A DNA stretch of 54,781 nt from a virus (IMGVR_UViG_3300030098_001280:1-54781); one strand, 5' to 3'; positions 8,527-18,750 are shown, numbered from the stretch's first letter. Notes: generated by a model from the sequence alone, not told the origin. Numbers and translations: made by a program.

Positions 8527-8835
8527 ATGAGTATAGTATATGTAGTTCAAGAAACAAAAGGTATTAACCTTTTACCAGCTGTTGAGTTTGGTGAAATAGA
8601 TATCTTGTTACCTGAAGGACAAGTTGTTTTTTCTACTGAAAGAACAATTAAACGGTTACAAATTAACTTACGTAAGTATACGTTCGAAGACTATCTTTTA
8701 ATGGTTGGTGATCCTGCTGCTATAGCTATGGCTGCTGCAGTTGCAAGTCAAATTACAACTGGTAAGTTTAAGTTATTAAAGTGGGATCGACAAGAAAAGA
8801 AATATTATCCTTTAATAGTTAATATAGGAGGTTAA
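8527..8835 (+). CDS. conserved phage replication-region protein
   Basis: GGAG RBS; VYVVQE...DYLL..GDP pattern. Confidence 0.65.
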   Translation: MSIVYVVQETKGINLLPAVEFGEIDILLPEGQVVFSTERTIKRLQINLRKYTFEDYLLMVGDPAAIAMAAAVASQITTGKFKLLKWDRQEKKYYPLIVNIGG

Positions 8836-9354
8836 ATGGATATCACAGATAAACAGTTAAAAGTTGTAAGTGATTTAGCTAAAATGCAAACTATCCTTGA
8901 AAATAAAATTAAGGAAAAAGAAGAAGATCTTGCAACTTTAAAAGATGAGTTAAAGCAATGCTCTCAAGTAGATTTACCTGAAGCACTTGCTGAAACCGGT
9001 TTGTCAGAAATAAAACTTGTAGATGGTACTAAAATTACTGTCCAACAGTTTTATAATGCAAGCATACCAAAAGATAGAGCTGAAGAGGCTTTCAAATGGC
9101 TCAGAGATAATGAGCACGGCGACCTTATTAAGAATACTATCTCTTGTGATTTTGGACGTGGTGAAGATGGAGATGCTAAAGTACTGAAAGAATCTTTAGA
9201 TAACTCTGGTGTATCTTACACGGACAAAGTGGGCGTTCATCCACAGACACTTAAAGCGTTTGTGCGTGAACAAGTAGAGTCAGGCCAGAAACTGCCCCTG
9301 GACTTACTCGGTGTATATATCGGGCAGAAAACTAAAATAATCAAAGGAGGTTAA
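8836..9354 (+). CDS. conserved phage protein (coiled coil plus WLR...GDLIK, VH..TLKAF)
   Basis: GGAGG RBS; typical neighbour of SSB/primase in PolA phages. Confidence 0.65.
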   Translation: MDITDKQLKVVSDLAKMQTILENKIKEKEEDLATLKDELKQCSQVDLPEALAETGLSEIKLVDGTKITVQQFYNASIPKDRAEEAFKWLRDNEHGDLIKNTISCDFGRGEDGDAKVLKESLDNSGVSYTDKVGVHPQTLKAFVREQVESGQKLPLDLLGVYIGQKTKIIKGG

Positions 9355-9358
9355 CATC

Positions 9359-10099
9359 ATGGCTCGTGATGTAGCTAATAAAAAGAGTAACTTACCTGCA
9401 GAGATTAACTTTGCTGAAGATGCGAATGCTGGTCTAAACGATCTAACTTCGCAGGACATGGCTATCCCATTTTTTGTTTTATTACAGAAAATGAGTCCTC
9501 AATTAGATACTGTTGAGGGTGCTAAGGCTGGTCAAATATTTAATACTGTGACAGAAGAGGTTTGTGACGAACTTCTAGTGCTACCGTGTGCTTATAAACG
9601 TGAGTTCGTGGAATGGACACCACGTGAGCAAGGCGGTGGTTTGGTCGCGCAACACAGTATTGATAGTGACGTAGTTACTAAAGCCAAACGTTCAGAAGAT
9701 GGAAGACTTATATCTGAAGCAGGTAATTGGTTAGTCGAGACAGCTTATCATTTTGTCTTGGCAATGACCAAAAATGGTTGTGAACGTGGTCTTATCACCA
9801 TGACATCTACGCAACTTAAAAAGAACAGACGTTGGAATTCTCTAATGTCTGGTATTAAGATGCAAGATGGTTCTGGTAAGAGTTTCACACCAGCGAGGTA
9901 TAGTCACTTCTATAAATTAACATCAGTTCAAGAATCTAATGATAAGGGATCTTGGTATGGCTGGGTTATTGAGTTAGAAGGAAAAGTATCTGATGCACAA
10001 ATGTATGCAACAGGTAAAGACTTTGCCACTTCTATAAGTGCAGGTGATGTAAAAGTATCAGCACCAGTACAAGAAGAAGAAACAAAATCTCACTTTTAG
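9359..10099 (+). CDS. putative single-stranded DNA-binding protein
   Basis: Position in the replisome cluster, beta-rich C-terminal half (NDKGSWYGW), acidic tail ending in F. Confidence 0.5.
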   Translation: MARDVANKKSNLPAEINFAEDANAGLNDLTSQDMAIPFFVLLQKMSPQLDTVEGAKAGQIFNTVTEEVCDELLVLPCAYKREFVEWTPREQGGGLVAQHSIDSDVVTKAKRSEDGRLISEAGNWLVETAYHFVLAMTKNGCERGLITMTSTQLKKNRRWNSLMSGIKMQDGSGKSFTPARYSHFYKLTSVQESNDKGSWYGWVIELEGKVSDAQMYATGKDFATSISAGDVKVSAPVQEEETKSHF

Positions 10100-10116
10100 T
10101 AGATTTCAGTGAGATG

Positions 10117-10175
10117 AGGTGCTAGGCATAGCGGAAAGCTAAAGCGCTTAAAGCCGCCGGACCTAGCACCTTTTT
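10117..10175 (+). terminator. branched hairpin with U-tract (terminator/attenuator)
   Basis: AGGTGCTAGG 10117-10126 pairs with CCTAGCACCT 10162-10171, then TTTT. Confidence 0.6.
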
Positions 10176-10185
10176 AAGGATTATT

Positions 10186-11667
10186 ATGGAAAAAGAATTT
10201 AATGAATTATTTTTAGGTTTAACCAGAGCTCACGGCGAATATACTTTGTCAGGTAAAAACAGAGCTGATGGTAAAAAAGAGGGACGTGCTACAACAGTAC
10301 GTCAAGATGTAACTTTAGAAAAATGGAAGGAGCATTTAAATGGAGATAAAGGACTTGGAATTATTCCTATTAATGATGATTCTCGGTGCCGTTTTGGCGC
10401 GATCGATGTAGATAATTATAAGGACTTAGACTATAACCAGACAATAGAAAGGGTACGCGCACTCAACTTGCCATTGTACGCATGTAGATCTAAATCCGGC
10501 GGGGTCCACTTATATTTATTCATGAAAGAGTGGACACCTGCTAAATTAGTACAAGATAAATTAAAGGAGTTTGCTGCAGCTTTAGGTTTTGGTGGCTCTG
10601 AAATATTCCCTAAACAAACTGAAATACTAGCAGACCGTGGTGATATAGGTCAATGGATTAATATGCCTTACTTCGGTACAGAACGATGGTGTGGTGAAAT
10701 ACCACCTCAAGAATTTTTAAGAACAGTTAAACCTATAACTATTAAACAACTAGAAGAATTAAGTATAGCGGTGAGCACAGAATTTGAAGAAGGCCCACCA
10801 TGTTTACAACACTTAGCACAACAAGGATTTCCAGAAGGTACACGAAACAATGGTTTATTTAATGTAGCTGTATACTGTCGTAAGAGTAATCCTGATGGTT
10901 GGAGGACAGACGTAGATAAATATAATGTAGAGTGTATGGATCCACCATTACCTTCATCAGAAGTACAAGCAGTTATTAAATCAGCTAGTCGTAAAGACTA
11001 TCATTATACATGCAGTCGTGCACCAATAGCACCACACTGTAATTCACCTGTATGTAGACTACGTAAGTATGGTATTGATGATAACTCAGATATGCCTACT
11101 GTACATAGCTTAACGAAGTTTGATAGCTCACCACCGATCTGGTTTTTAGATATAGAGGGTGGTGGTAGATTAGAACTAGAGACAGATGACTTACAAAACC
11201 AAAGAAGATTTCAACGTAAGTGTATGGAAAAGTTAAACACTATGCCTACTAAGATGAATGAACAAGCATGGACTAAGTTAGTAAACCACTTAATGGAAAA
11301 CTTAACCGTGATTCCTGCGCCTGTAGACGCTAGTCCTGTTGGACAGTTATTTGAACACTTAGAACGATTCTGTACTGGTCGTGTACAAGCAAGAAACAAA
11401 GATGAATTATTATTAGGTAAACCTTGGAAGGATAATGGGAGAAGTTATTTTAGGATGTCAGACTTTATGGCATACCTTGATCGTATGCATTTTAGAGAGT
11501 ATAAAATTAACCAAGTTACTGCTATATTTAAGAACAATAAAGCAGAGCACCACTTCTTTAATTGTAAAGGTAAGGGCGTTAACTGCTGGTCAGTGCCTGA
11601 GTTTGAACAACACACCGGAGATTTTGAAGTACCTATGGAGTTAGATGATGATGGAACACCGTTCTGA
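10186..11667 (+). CDS. archaeo-eukaryotic-type primase with PriCT-like domain
   Basis: GAIDVD (DxD), RSKSGGVHLY, INMPY, EGTRNNGLF, Cys cluster. Confidence 0.85.
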   Translation: MEKEFNELFLGLTRAHGEYTLSGKNRADGKKEGRATTVRQDVTLEKWKEHLNGDKGLGIIPINDDSRCRFGAIDVDNYKDLDYNQTIERVRALNLPLYACRSKSGGVHLYLFMKEWTPAKLVQDKLKEFAAALGFGGSEIFPKQTEILADRGDIGQWINMPYFGTERWCGEIPPQEFLRTVKPITIKQLEELSIAVSTEFEEGPPCLQHLAQQGFPEGTRNNGLFNVAVYCRKSNPDGWRTDVDKYNVECMDPPLPSSEVQAVIKSASRKDYHYTCSRAPIAPHCNSPVCRLRKYGIDDNSDMPTVHSLTKFDSSPPIWFLDIEGGGRLELETDDLQNQRRFQRKCMEKLNTMPTKMNEQAWTKLVNHLMENLTVIPAPVDASPVGQLFEHLERFCTGRVQARNKDELLLGKPWKDNGRSYFRMSDFMAYLDRMHFREYKINQVTAIFKNNKAEHHFFNCKGKGVNCWSVPEFEQHTGDFEVPMELDDDGTPF

Positions 11668-12874
11668 TTGGAATGTTATATTTGGCCCACCTGGTACAGG
11701 TAAGACTACTGCTTGTATGAGTCAGATTAATAACCTAATACAAGATGGCGTTAATCCTCAAGATATAGGCTACATAGCCTTTACTAAGAAGGCAGCAACT
11801 GAAGCAAGAGTTAGAGCTGCTAATAAGTTTGGTTTTAAGAAGGATGATATGCCTTACTTTAGAACGATACATAGCTTATGCTTTATGCAGCTAGGTATAC
11901 TTCCACAACAAATGATGCAACGTTCTCATTATAGAGATTTAGGTGATATCTTAGGTATTGATATAGCTGGAAATAAATTAAATGAGGATGTATATAATAT
12001 GTCAGCACCCGTAGGTGACAGACTACTATTCTTAGATAACTTAGCTAGGATTAGTAACACTAGTTTAAAAGATATCTATGACTCATCTGTAGACGATGAT
12101 ATATCACTAGATGAATTAATACTAATGTCGGAGGCTTTATATAAATATAAAAATAAATTTAAACTCTATGATTTTACTGATCTTTTAGAAATGTTTGTAG
12201 AGAACGGCACTATACCTAAGTTACATACTTTAATTGTTGATGAAGCACAAGACCTATCTAACTTACAATGGCAAGTAGTACACCGTATAGCTAGTAATGC
12301 AGAGTATGTGTATGCAGCAGGTGATGATGACCAAGCTATATACCGTTGGGCTGGAGCTTCTGTAGAAGATTTTATAAAGTTAAAAGGTAATAAGACTATC
12401 CTTGACCAATCATATCGTGTACCTGAAGAAGCGCATAAGCTTGCCACTGGTATATTAAAGAATATTAAGAACAGAGTAGTAAAGATGTTTAAGCCTGCAA
12501 GCTTAAGAGGTGAGGTTCACTACCACTTTTCAGTTGATGATATAGACATGAGCAAAGGTTCATGGTTATGTTTAGCGCGTAATGCTTACTTGCTTAAAGA
12601 ATATGAGAGAGTTTGTGAGGTTAATGGTTGGGAGTACGAAAGAATTAGTAAAGAGTTAGATCGTATTCCTAGGATATTGATTAGTACGATACACGGAGTT
12701 AAGGGAGGTGAGGCAGACCATGTAGCAATCATGACTGATATGGCGTCTCGCTCGTATAAGTATATGGAAAGATGTCCAGACGATGAGCACCGGGTGTTCT
12801 ATGTGGCTCTAACGCGCGCAAAGGAGTCAATTCATATCATTCAACCTAAGGGGCGGATTTATTATGAAATTTGA
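11645..12874 (+). CDS. UvrD/Rep superfamily 1 helicase (compact)
   Basis: GPPGTGKT, AFT, TIHS, DEAQD, GDDDQAIY, QSYR, STIHGVKGGEAD, YVALTRA. Confidence 0.9.
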   Translation: MMMEHRSDWNVIFGPPGTGKTTACMSQINNLIQDGVNPQDIGYIAFTKKAATEARVRAANKFGFKKDDMPYFRTIHSLCFMQLGILPQQMMQRSHYRDLGDILGIDIAGNKLNEDVYNMSAPVGDRLLFLDNLARISNTSLKDIYDSSVDDDISLDELILMSEALYKYKNKFKLYDFTDLLEMFVENGTIPKLHTLIVDEAQDLSNLQWQVVHRIASNAEYVYAAGDDDQAIYRWAGASVEDFIKLKGNKTILDQSYRVPEEAHKLATGILKNIKNRVVKMFKPASLRGEVHYHFSVDDIDMSKGSWLCLARNAYLLKEYERVCEVNGWEYERISKELDRIPRILISTIHGVKGGEADHVAIMTDMASRSYKYMERCPDDEHRVFYVALTRAKESIHIIQPKGRIYYEI

Positions 12875-12909
12875 GCTCCATATATATGCCAAAATGAGTC
12901 CTTTTAAGT

Positions 12910-14364
12910 ATGTCACATAGTAATATATATAGATATAAAACTAAGCCTTATGGCCATCAAGAGGAAGCGTGGGAGATATCTAAAGATTTATCTGAGTATG
13001 CTCTCTTTATGGAAATGGGCACAGGCAAATCTAAGGTTATAATTGATACATTTTCATGGCTTTATGACCACAATAAGATCGACTGCGTACTTATCGTAGC
13101 GCCTAAAGGTAATTATATGAACTGGTTTAATAACGAGATACCTACCCATATGCCAGATCGTATTAAATCTATTATGGCTAACTGGAATGCAGCTGCTAAG
13201 AAAAAAGAAAGGCTAGCTTTAGAAAAGGTTTCACTTCCGTCTGATGATTTACGTATATTAGTCATGAACGTTGAGGCGTTTAGTACATCTAAAGGTTTTA
13301 AATTTGCTAAGCGCTTTGTTGACTATAGTAGGTGTATGATAATCATAGATGAATCAACCACTATTAAGAACCCAGGAGCTATACGTACTAAGAACATTTT
13401 AAAGACTGCAATCAATGCTAAGTATAAACGTATATTAACAGGTGAACCTGTAACACGTTCTCCATTAGACTTATATACTCAATGTCAGTTTCTTAATCCT
13501 GCTCTATTAGGTTTTAGTAGCTACTATAGTTTTAGGAATCGTTATGCTATTATGATTAACATGTCTAAAGGTAATCGTTCATTTAAACATATAGTAGGTT
13601 TTCAACGTCTTGATGAACTATCAGAAAGTGTTAAGCATTTTAGTTATCGTTGTAAGAAGCAAGACTGCTTAGATCTTCCAGAAAAAATATATCAATACAG
13701 GTTTATAGATATTACGCCAGAGCAAAAAAGATTATATAAAGAAATATCTGAGCAAGCTATGACAGAGCTTGAAGGTAAAGATATGACTGTACAAAATGTA
13801 CTTACTGAAATGATGAGACTACATCAAATTACCTGTGGTCACTTTAAGTCAGATACAGGAGACATTATTAATGTAGAGAATAACAGAGTCAAAGAACTTA
13901 TGTCAGTACTTAACGAATCACCTGATAAGGTTATTATATGGGCTACATATGTACAAGATATACACACTATCTCTGATGAAATACGACATAAGTATGGGTC
14001 AAAATCTGTTGTACAATACTATGGTGCAGTGAACCAAGATGCTAGGTTAGAGGCTGTTGATAGATTTCAAAACGATCCTGAATGTAAATTCTTTATTGGT
14101 AACCCTCAGACTGGTGGTTTTGGCCTAACATTAACTGCTGCTAACACTGTTATATATTACTCTAACAGTTATAACTTAGAGCATAGAATACAATCAGAAG
14201 ATCGAGCACACCGTATTGGTCAAAAGAATAATGTAACTTACGTAGATATTATATGTCCTGGTACTGTTGATGAACGTATTGTTAAATCACTCCGCGACAA
14301 GAAACAAATAGCTACACAAGTAATGGCAGAAAAATGGCAAGACTGGTTATCAATCAAGCCATGA
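12910..14364 (+). CDS. SNF2-family helicase
   Basis: EMGTGKS, DEST, LTGEP, QSEDRAHRIGQ. Confidence 0.9.
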   Translation: MSHSNIYRYKTKPYGHQEEAWEISKDLSEYALFMEMGTGKSKVIIDTFSWLYDHNKIDCVLIVAPKGNYMNWFNNEIPTHMPDRIKSIMANWNAAAKKKERLALEKVSLPSDDLRILVMNVEAFSTSKGFKFAKRFVDYSRCMIIIDESTTIKNPGAIRTKNILKTAINAKYKRILTGEPVTRSPLDLYTQCQFLNPALLGFSSYYSFRNRYAIMINMSKGNRSFKHIVGFQRLDELSESVKHFSYRCKKQDCLDLPEKIYQYRFIDITPEQKRLYKEISEQAMTELEGKDMTVQNVLTEMMRLHQITCGHFKSDTGDIINVENNRVKELMSVLNESPDKVIIWATYVQDIHTISDEIRHKYGSKSVVQYYGAVNQDARLEAVDRFQNDPECKFFIGNPQTGGFGLTLTAANTVIYYSNSYNLEHRIQSEDRAHRIGQKNNVTYVDIICPGTVDERIVKSLRDKKQIATQVMAEKWQDWLSIKP

Positions 14365-14664
14365 CTTTAATTTATTAATCATACTTCTAGGTACATTAAT
14401 TCGATTAATTTCTTTAATCCATGTTTTATCTAGTACAAGACTACCATCAATATCAGTTTGATTATTATCACCAGATAGATGTGATACAATGGTAATGGTC
14501 TTATCATCCTCAGCTACAACAATTCCAATAGAAATACAGTCGGCAAGTTGGGATCGAAGATCCTTAACGTCCGTCCAACCGTGCGTTGGAGAGATAGCAT
14601 CTTTCCAATTAATCATCACCAATCTTGGTGAACGCTTCTTTTGTATAAAGTTGTTCTTTTCCAT
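14350..14664 (-). CDS. conserved phage hypothetical protein
   Basis: V.I.W.DA....GW...C.S.G pattern; converges on SNF2. Confidence 0.6.
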   Translation of the reverse strand: MEKNNFIQKKRSPRLVMINWKDAISPTHGWTDVKDLRSQLADCISIGIVVAEDDKTITIVSHLSGDNNQTDIDGSLVLDKTWIKEINRINVPRSMINKLKSWLD

Positions 14665-14989
14665 GTTTTTTAACCCAATCCTTACGTCTCTTAACTATCC
14701 TACAAGTACAATTAGTAAGGTTTACATATAGTAATTGTACACCTAATTCCCTGGCTTTTTTACTAACAATTCTAGATCTGATGGCATTAGTTCCATCCTT
14801 ATTAAACCTATCCTTCTGCCAGGAGGCTACCTTAACATCTAGAAATAGGACTTCTCCTGTCTTTTGATGGACGGCTATGATGTCGATTGGCCCTTGTGGA
14901 GCTCGGTTCTTGAAGACCCAATAACCCTTACTGATCAGCCAGGCTTCGGCCATAGCTTCGCCTAGGTGACCCTTGTCAGTGTGTTTCAC
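14609..14989 (-). CDS. PD-(D/E)XK endonuclease (Hjc-like)
   Basis: KG..GE..A..WL..KGY.VF...PIDIIA...LDVK. Confidence 0.7.
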   Translation of the reverse strand: MKHTDKGHLGEAMAEAWLISKGYWVFKNRAPQGPIDIIAVHQKTGEVLFLDVKVASWQKDRFNKDGTNAIRSRIVSKKARELGVQLLYVNLTNCTCRIVKRRKDWVKKHGKEQLYTKEAFTKIGDD

Positions 14990-15177
14990 TGTGCTAGTGG
15001 ATTACTACTCTTCTTTTGTAAAGCTTCTATATCTTTTTTAATTGCAGTTATTTCTTTTTGGTCTATAACCTGAGATTCTAATACCTCGACCCTTTGAATT
15101 AACTGACCCTGAAATACAAATAAACTTGCTATCGTAATAACAAGACCTATACCGGTGGCTATTGTCTTAATGTCCAT
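14986..15177 (-). CDS. small membrane-anchored coiled-coil protein
   Basis: N-terminal TM helix; homolog of 51722..51946. Confidence 0.7.
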   Translation of the reverse strand: MDIKTIATGIGLVITIASLFVFQGQLIQRVEVLESQVIDQKEITAIKKDIEALQKKSSNPLAQ

Positions 15178-16418
15178 AATCTATCCTCATATGTTTTACC
15201 TGAGTATATACTCCTTATGTCTACATAACTAGTAGCTATGTATGAATCTATATTAGCACTAGTTAACTCTGGTTGTACAAATATTTGTAAGTTAACCTTA
15301 GCATAATCATTTAATTTTTCATTGTTCTTCTGCATTGCTTTAGCTACGATCATTTGCGTAACTTTTAATTGACCATCAATCGATTTAATCTTATCAGCTA
15401 CCCTAATAGCTATTTCTTCTACGTTGACATCAACATTAACTCTCTCACTGTTAGAGCTTCTAGGTTCTTCTTCTGTTGTTGGCTCGACTGATTCGATTGT
15501 TTCTGTTTCTTCCGCAACTTCCATTTCTTCAGTAACAGTTTCAGTTGGAGATTCGACAACCTCTTCATATACTTCCTCCGCAATTTCTATTGGTTCTTCT
15601 ATAGGTAATTCTTCTACAACTTCTGTTGCTAGTACAATAGTTTCTTCAACAAATTCTTCTTCAACTGTTTTAACTTCTGGAAGGTACTCCTCTATCTGTG
15701 TAAACTCAACTTCACTTGTTAGTACTATAGAGGGTACCTCAATAAGTTCTTCAATCTCAACGATCTCAATCTCTGTAGCTAGTACTTCTTCAATCTCTTC
15801 AAAAGCTTCTGCTATGATAGCAGTTTCTGTAGCCGATAAGACCGTATCGTCATAGGTCATAGTAACCGATATGTTATCTAAATTAGGACCACCAAGATAA
15901 GCAGGACTATTGCCATCAGACCCACTAATAAAAATATTTCCAATGTTAGAACCAACCCCTGTATACGATACAGAGTCGTTGAAATCTTTGCCATTAATTC
16001 CCGTAACATTTGTTCTCTCCTGGCTTGTTACAGCCAATACATTATTGTCTGAATCTCTGATTTGTAACCTAATTGTAAATGTATCTGCTGGGCCAGAGCC
16101 TCCCCAGCATTGAGCTACACCACATTCTCCATTTTGTACTTGGACACTAGAGTTCAGAGTAATTCCATTATTGAGCATTTGCTGTGTGATTGTGTCTGTG
16201 GTGAGAGCAAAGCCCTGTTCTATAGAACCGGAGTCTCCAAACTCTAGGTCGTAGCTGGACCCACAACAATCGTTGAGCACGGTTACATCTCCCGTAGTGG
16301 TCCAGCTAGTCGAGTTACCTCCCTCGAAAGTACCGTTTGTAATTAAATTGTTTGTAGTTAATTCTTCTGCTAATGCAGTACTACTTAGTAATATTGCCGC
16401 TAGGAACAGGTTTTTCAT
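15159..16418 (-). CDS. secreted protein: signal peptide, carbohydrate-binding-like domain, Glu-rich linker
   Basis: MKNLFLAAILLSSTALA, NLITNGTFE, CC and C..CWGG; homolog of 51936..53483. Confidence 0.7.
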   Translation of the reverse strand: MKNLFLAAILLSSTALAEELTTNNLITNGTFEGGNSTSWTTTGDVTVLNDCCGSSYDLEFGDSGSIEQGFALTTDTITQQMLNNGITLNSSVQVQNGECGVAQCWGGSGPADTFTIRLQIRDSDNNVLAVTSQERTNVTGINGKDFNDSVSYTGVGSNIGNIFISGSDGNSPAYLGGPNLDNISVTMTYDDTVLSATETAIIAEAFEEIEEVLATEIEIVEIEELIEVPSIVLTSEVEFTQIEEYLPEVKTVEEEFVEETIVLATEVVEELPIEEPIEIAEEVYEEVVESPTETVTEEMEVAEETETIESVEPTTEEEPRSSNSERVNVDVNVEEIAIRVADKIKSIDGQLKVTQMIVAKAMQKNNEKLNDYAKVNLQIFVQPELTSANIDSYIATSYVDIRSIYSGKTYEDRLWTLRQ

Positions 16419-17001
16419 TCCAAGTCATACTCCGTTTATCGTTACTTAATTCTTTCTTACGTTTCTCCATCCACTTAGCTTTAGCCTCGTTTCCGATCAA
16501 ACCATCAATAGGGCACGGGGTCCCTGCGTCCATCATCGCTTGCCATATATTTTCATCTTGGCACATCAATGATATTGCTGCAACCTTCATGCCTAGTGCA
16601 TTTAATACTTTAGCTTTCTTTCTACGTTCACACATTTCATCTAAGTGATAACTACCAAAAGAACCTGAAAATCCGATTATAGTCACACCAGCAGCTAATG
16701 GTATAACGCAGCTATCTTGACCGTAGACAGACATAGCTGGAGCACTAGCCGGGTTTACGGCAGTCTTAGTATTTGTACTATTGTTAGTTTCGTTATTAGT
16801 TGTAGTATTGGAACTACTACCAGACTGGTACGTTGTAGAGCTTTCGTACCCACCGGTAATAGCAGTATTGGAACCGGCATTGTTGGTCTGTGTATTTGTA
16901 GTAGCTCCTGAACTAGTGACATCTGCTTTAGCCTCAATAGAAAGAAGTATAGCTAAAACTAAAACTACACCTACTGCTTTTGCTATGAGCTTCCAATCCA
17001 T
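16381..17001 (-). CDS. secreted Cys-containing protein with T/N/S-rich N-terminus
   Basis: Signal peptide, DSC...CERRK...LMCQD...GTPCP; homolog of 53446..54072. Confidence 0.7.
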   Translation of the reverse strand: MDWKLIAKAVGVVLVLAILLSIEAKADVTSSGATTNTQTNNAGSNTAITGGYESSTTYQSGSSSNTTTNNETNNSTNTKTAVNPASAPAMSVYGQDSCVIPLAAGVTIIGFSGSFGSYHLDEMCERRKKAKVLNALGMKVAAISLMCQDENIWQAMMDAGTPCPIDGLIGNEAKAKWMEKRKKELSNDKRSMTWNEKPVPSGNITK

Positions 17002-17432
17002 TACTTCCTCGTTAGTGAACCACCAAAGTATAGTCCTATAATTGAAAAGATCGTGTGTGATTGTAGGCTAGTAATAAAGATTCCTGAACCTTCGCGCCAT
17101 ACAGTAGTTTCAAATGATGTACCAAAGATCCACCAGCCACTACTCATTTCAGTAGTTACTTGATAGATTACCTTAACGTCCGTAAAAATAGGAGCGATAA
17201 TTGGTACTACAATTATTGAGAAAACGCACATTAAGGCAATCCATCTCCTCGTATGTTTAGTATGAGGATCTGATACAGCTCGAGCTTTATCAGTTTGAAC
17301 TGCTGCAAATTTAGCGCGGTTCATTAACATCTTTTCTCGCTCAGCTTCTGCTTGAGCTTTCTGTGCCATGATAGACATAACGCCACCTAGCACCGTGCTA
17401 GCTAACATAGACAATAGTTCCATTGGTATCAT
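17001..17432 (-). CDS. membrane protein, holin-like
   Basis: 2-3 hydrophobic helices ending IIGLYFGG; start set by the 143-aa homolog at 54072..54503. Confidence 0.65.
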   Translation of the reverse strand: MIPMELLSMLASTVLGGVMSIMAQKAQAEAEREKMLMNRAKFAAVQTDKARAVSDPHTKHTRRWIALMCVFSIIVVPIIAPIFTDVKVIYQVTTEMSSGWWIFGTSFETTVWREGSGIFITSLQSHTIFSIIGLYFGGSLTRK

Positions 17433-17611
17433 TCTGATAACCTCCATCCTAGTATTGCTATGACTATTGTACCAACCCATATTAGCACTCGTACACCACC
17501 TTTACCTATATTTATGATCTTGTATAGTTCGACAATGTCCCTACTATTGCGCTCTACGATCTTGGTTAAAGCATCAATCTTCTCGGCTAATTGTTCGTTG
17601 GTTACTTTCAT
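17429..17611 (-). CDS. small coiled-coil plus C-terminal TM protein
   Basis: Coupled to both neighbours; absent from copy 2 of the cassette. Confidence 0.6.
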   Translation of the reverse strand: MKVTNEQLAEKIDALTKIVERNSRDIVELYKIINIGKGGVRVLIWVGTIVIAILGWRLSE

Positions 17612-18750
17612 TAGAATGCTGTGGTTAATAATTTAGTTGTTGTTACTGATGGTTCTTTTGCCCATGCGACATAGATATAATGGTTTCCTTCCCCATTTGA
17701 TTTTCCATCAGACGTAGTTGGTGAAAATCCCTGTGCAAAAAAATGTATATTATCTTGGTTTGCAACCTCTGCTCCACCATTGTTTGCTTCATCTAGTTTT
17801 ATATTATGTTGAATAGGATTACCATGATTACTACCACTACCACTTTGAGCGGCATTATCTGGACCTAGAGCCATTGTAGTAGAAGTTTTCCATGATGTAC
17901 TCTCCCCTGTAGTATCAAATCTTGTAATCCATATTGCCCTTGGTTTAAACCCTGTAAAGATAAATGGACCATGTACATTACCATTTCCTTGATAAGTACC
18001 AGCACGAACACTTCCATTTACATTTGCAATACATATTGCCATCTGGTCTATACCACTTTGGTTTATATTATTTTTAGGACCAACACTAAATACAGTAGAT
18101 GTTGGAGCAGTATCATTCCAATAATCGTGGTCATCATTTGCTGCAACACCTGTATTAAAAGGTTGTTGAGTATCTGTTTCATTAAGTCTGCCATGTCCGA
18201 ATGCTGTTTGACCAGAACGATTACCACCATGCCAATATGCTTCCCAATTATATCCATCTTGTTCTATATCTTTGCAAATTATTGCATCTGGAATTTTTCC
18301 AAGTCCATGAGCTATCGTTCCAGCTGCACCTGTACCTGTCCAAGTCACTACTGATAGTCCAGAATCGGTGTTAGCACGATAACTTGAATTTATTGAACCT
18401 ACTCCTGTAGATGCAGTTGTTGAACTAGCTAGTTTCCAAAAGTGTCCAATAAAACCAGCACTTGCTGTATTAGTATTTGCTTCCCCACCTGTTAATGTAC
18501 AACCATCTGATGTAATACTTGCTACTCTTGAGGCAGTATCTTGTCCATCTGTTTCATCGAAGTATATATTCTTGTCAATACCTCTTACAGTATCTACTAC
18601 ATTGTGATCCGTTGTTGACGATCTGTTTGCAATATGAATCCAGTCTGGTTGAAAACCTAATCCACTTACTGTTGTTGTGCTACTGCTACCAGCCCATGTT
18701 TTTTCATCATGGTGTGCTGATGGTTTTATTAATTTACTAAATGTTGCCAT
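17611..18750 (-). CDS. tail fibre / tail-associated protein
   Basis: GLGFQPDW, SVVTWTG.G...HGLG..P and GFKP repeats typical of marine phage tail proteins. Confidence 0.7.
   Translation of the reverse strand: MATFSKLIKPSAHHDEKTWAGSSSTTTVSGLGFQPDWIHIANRSSTTDHNVVDTVRGIDKNIYFDETDGQDTASRVASITSDGCTLTGGEANTNTASAGFIGHFWKLASSTTASTGVGSINSSYRANTDSGLSVVTWTGTGAAGTIAHGLGKIPDAIICKDIEQDGYNWEAYWHGGNRSGQTAFGHGRLNETDTQQPFNTGVAANDDHDYWNDTAPTSTVFSVGPKNNINQSGIDQMAICIANVNGSVRAGTYQGNGNVHGPFIFTGFKPRAIWITRFDTTGESTSWKTSTTMALGPDNAAQSGSGSNHGNPIQHNIKLDEANNGGAEVANQDNIHFFAQGFSPTTSDGKSNGEGNHYIYVAWAKEPSVTTTKLLTTAF

Larger units (their letters stand above)
14986..17887. repeat. copy 1 of diverged duplicated cassette (copy 2 at 51722-54781)
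   Basis: Four homologous ORFs in the same order plus the tail-gene 3' end; 17813-17887 identical to 54707-54781. Confidence 0.95.
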
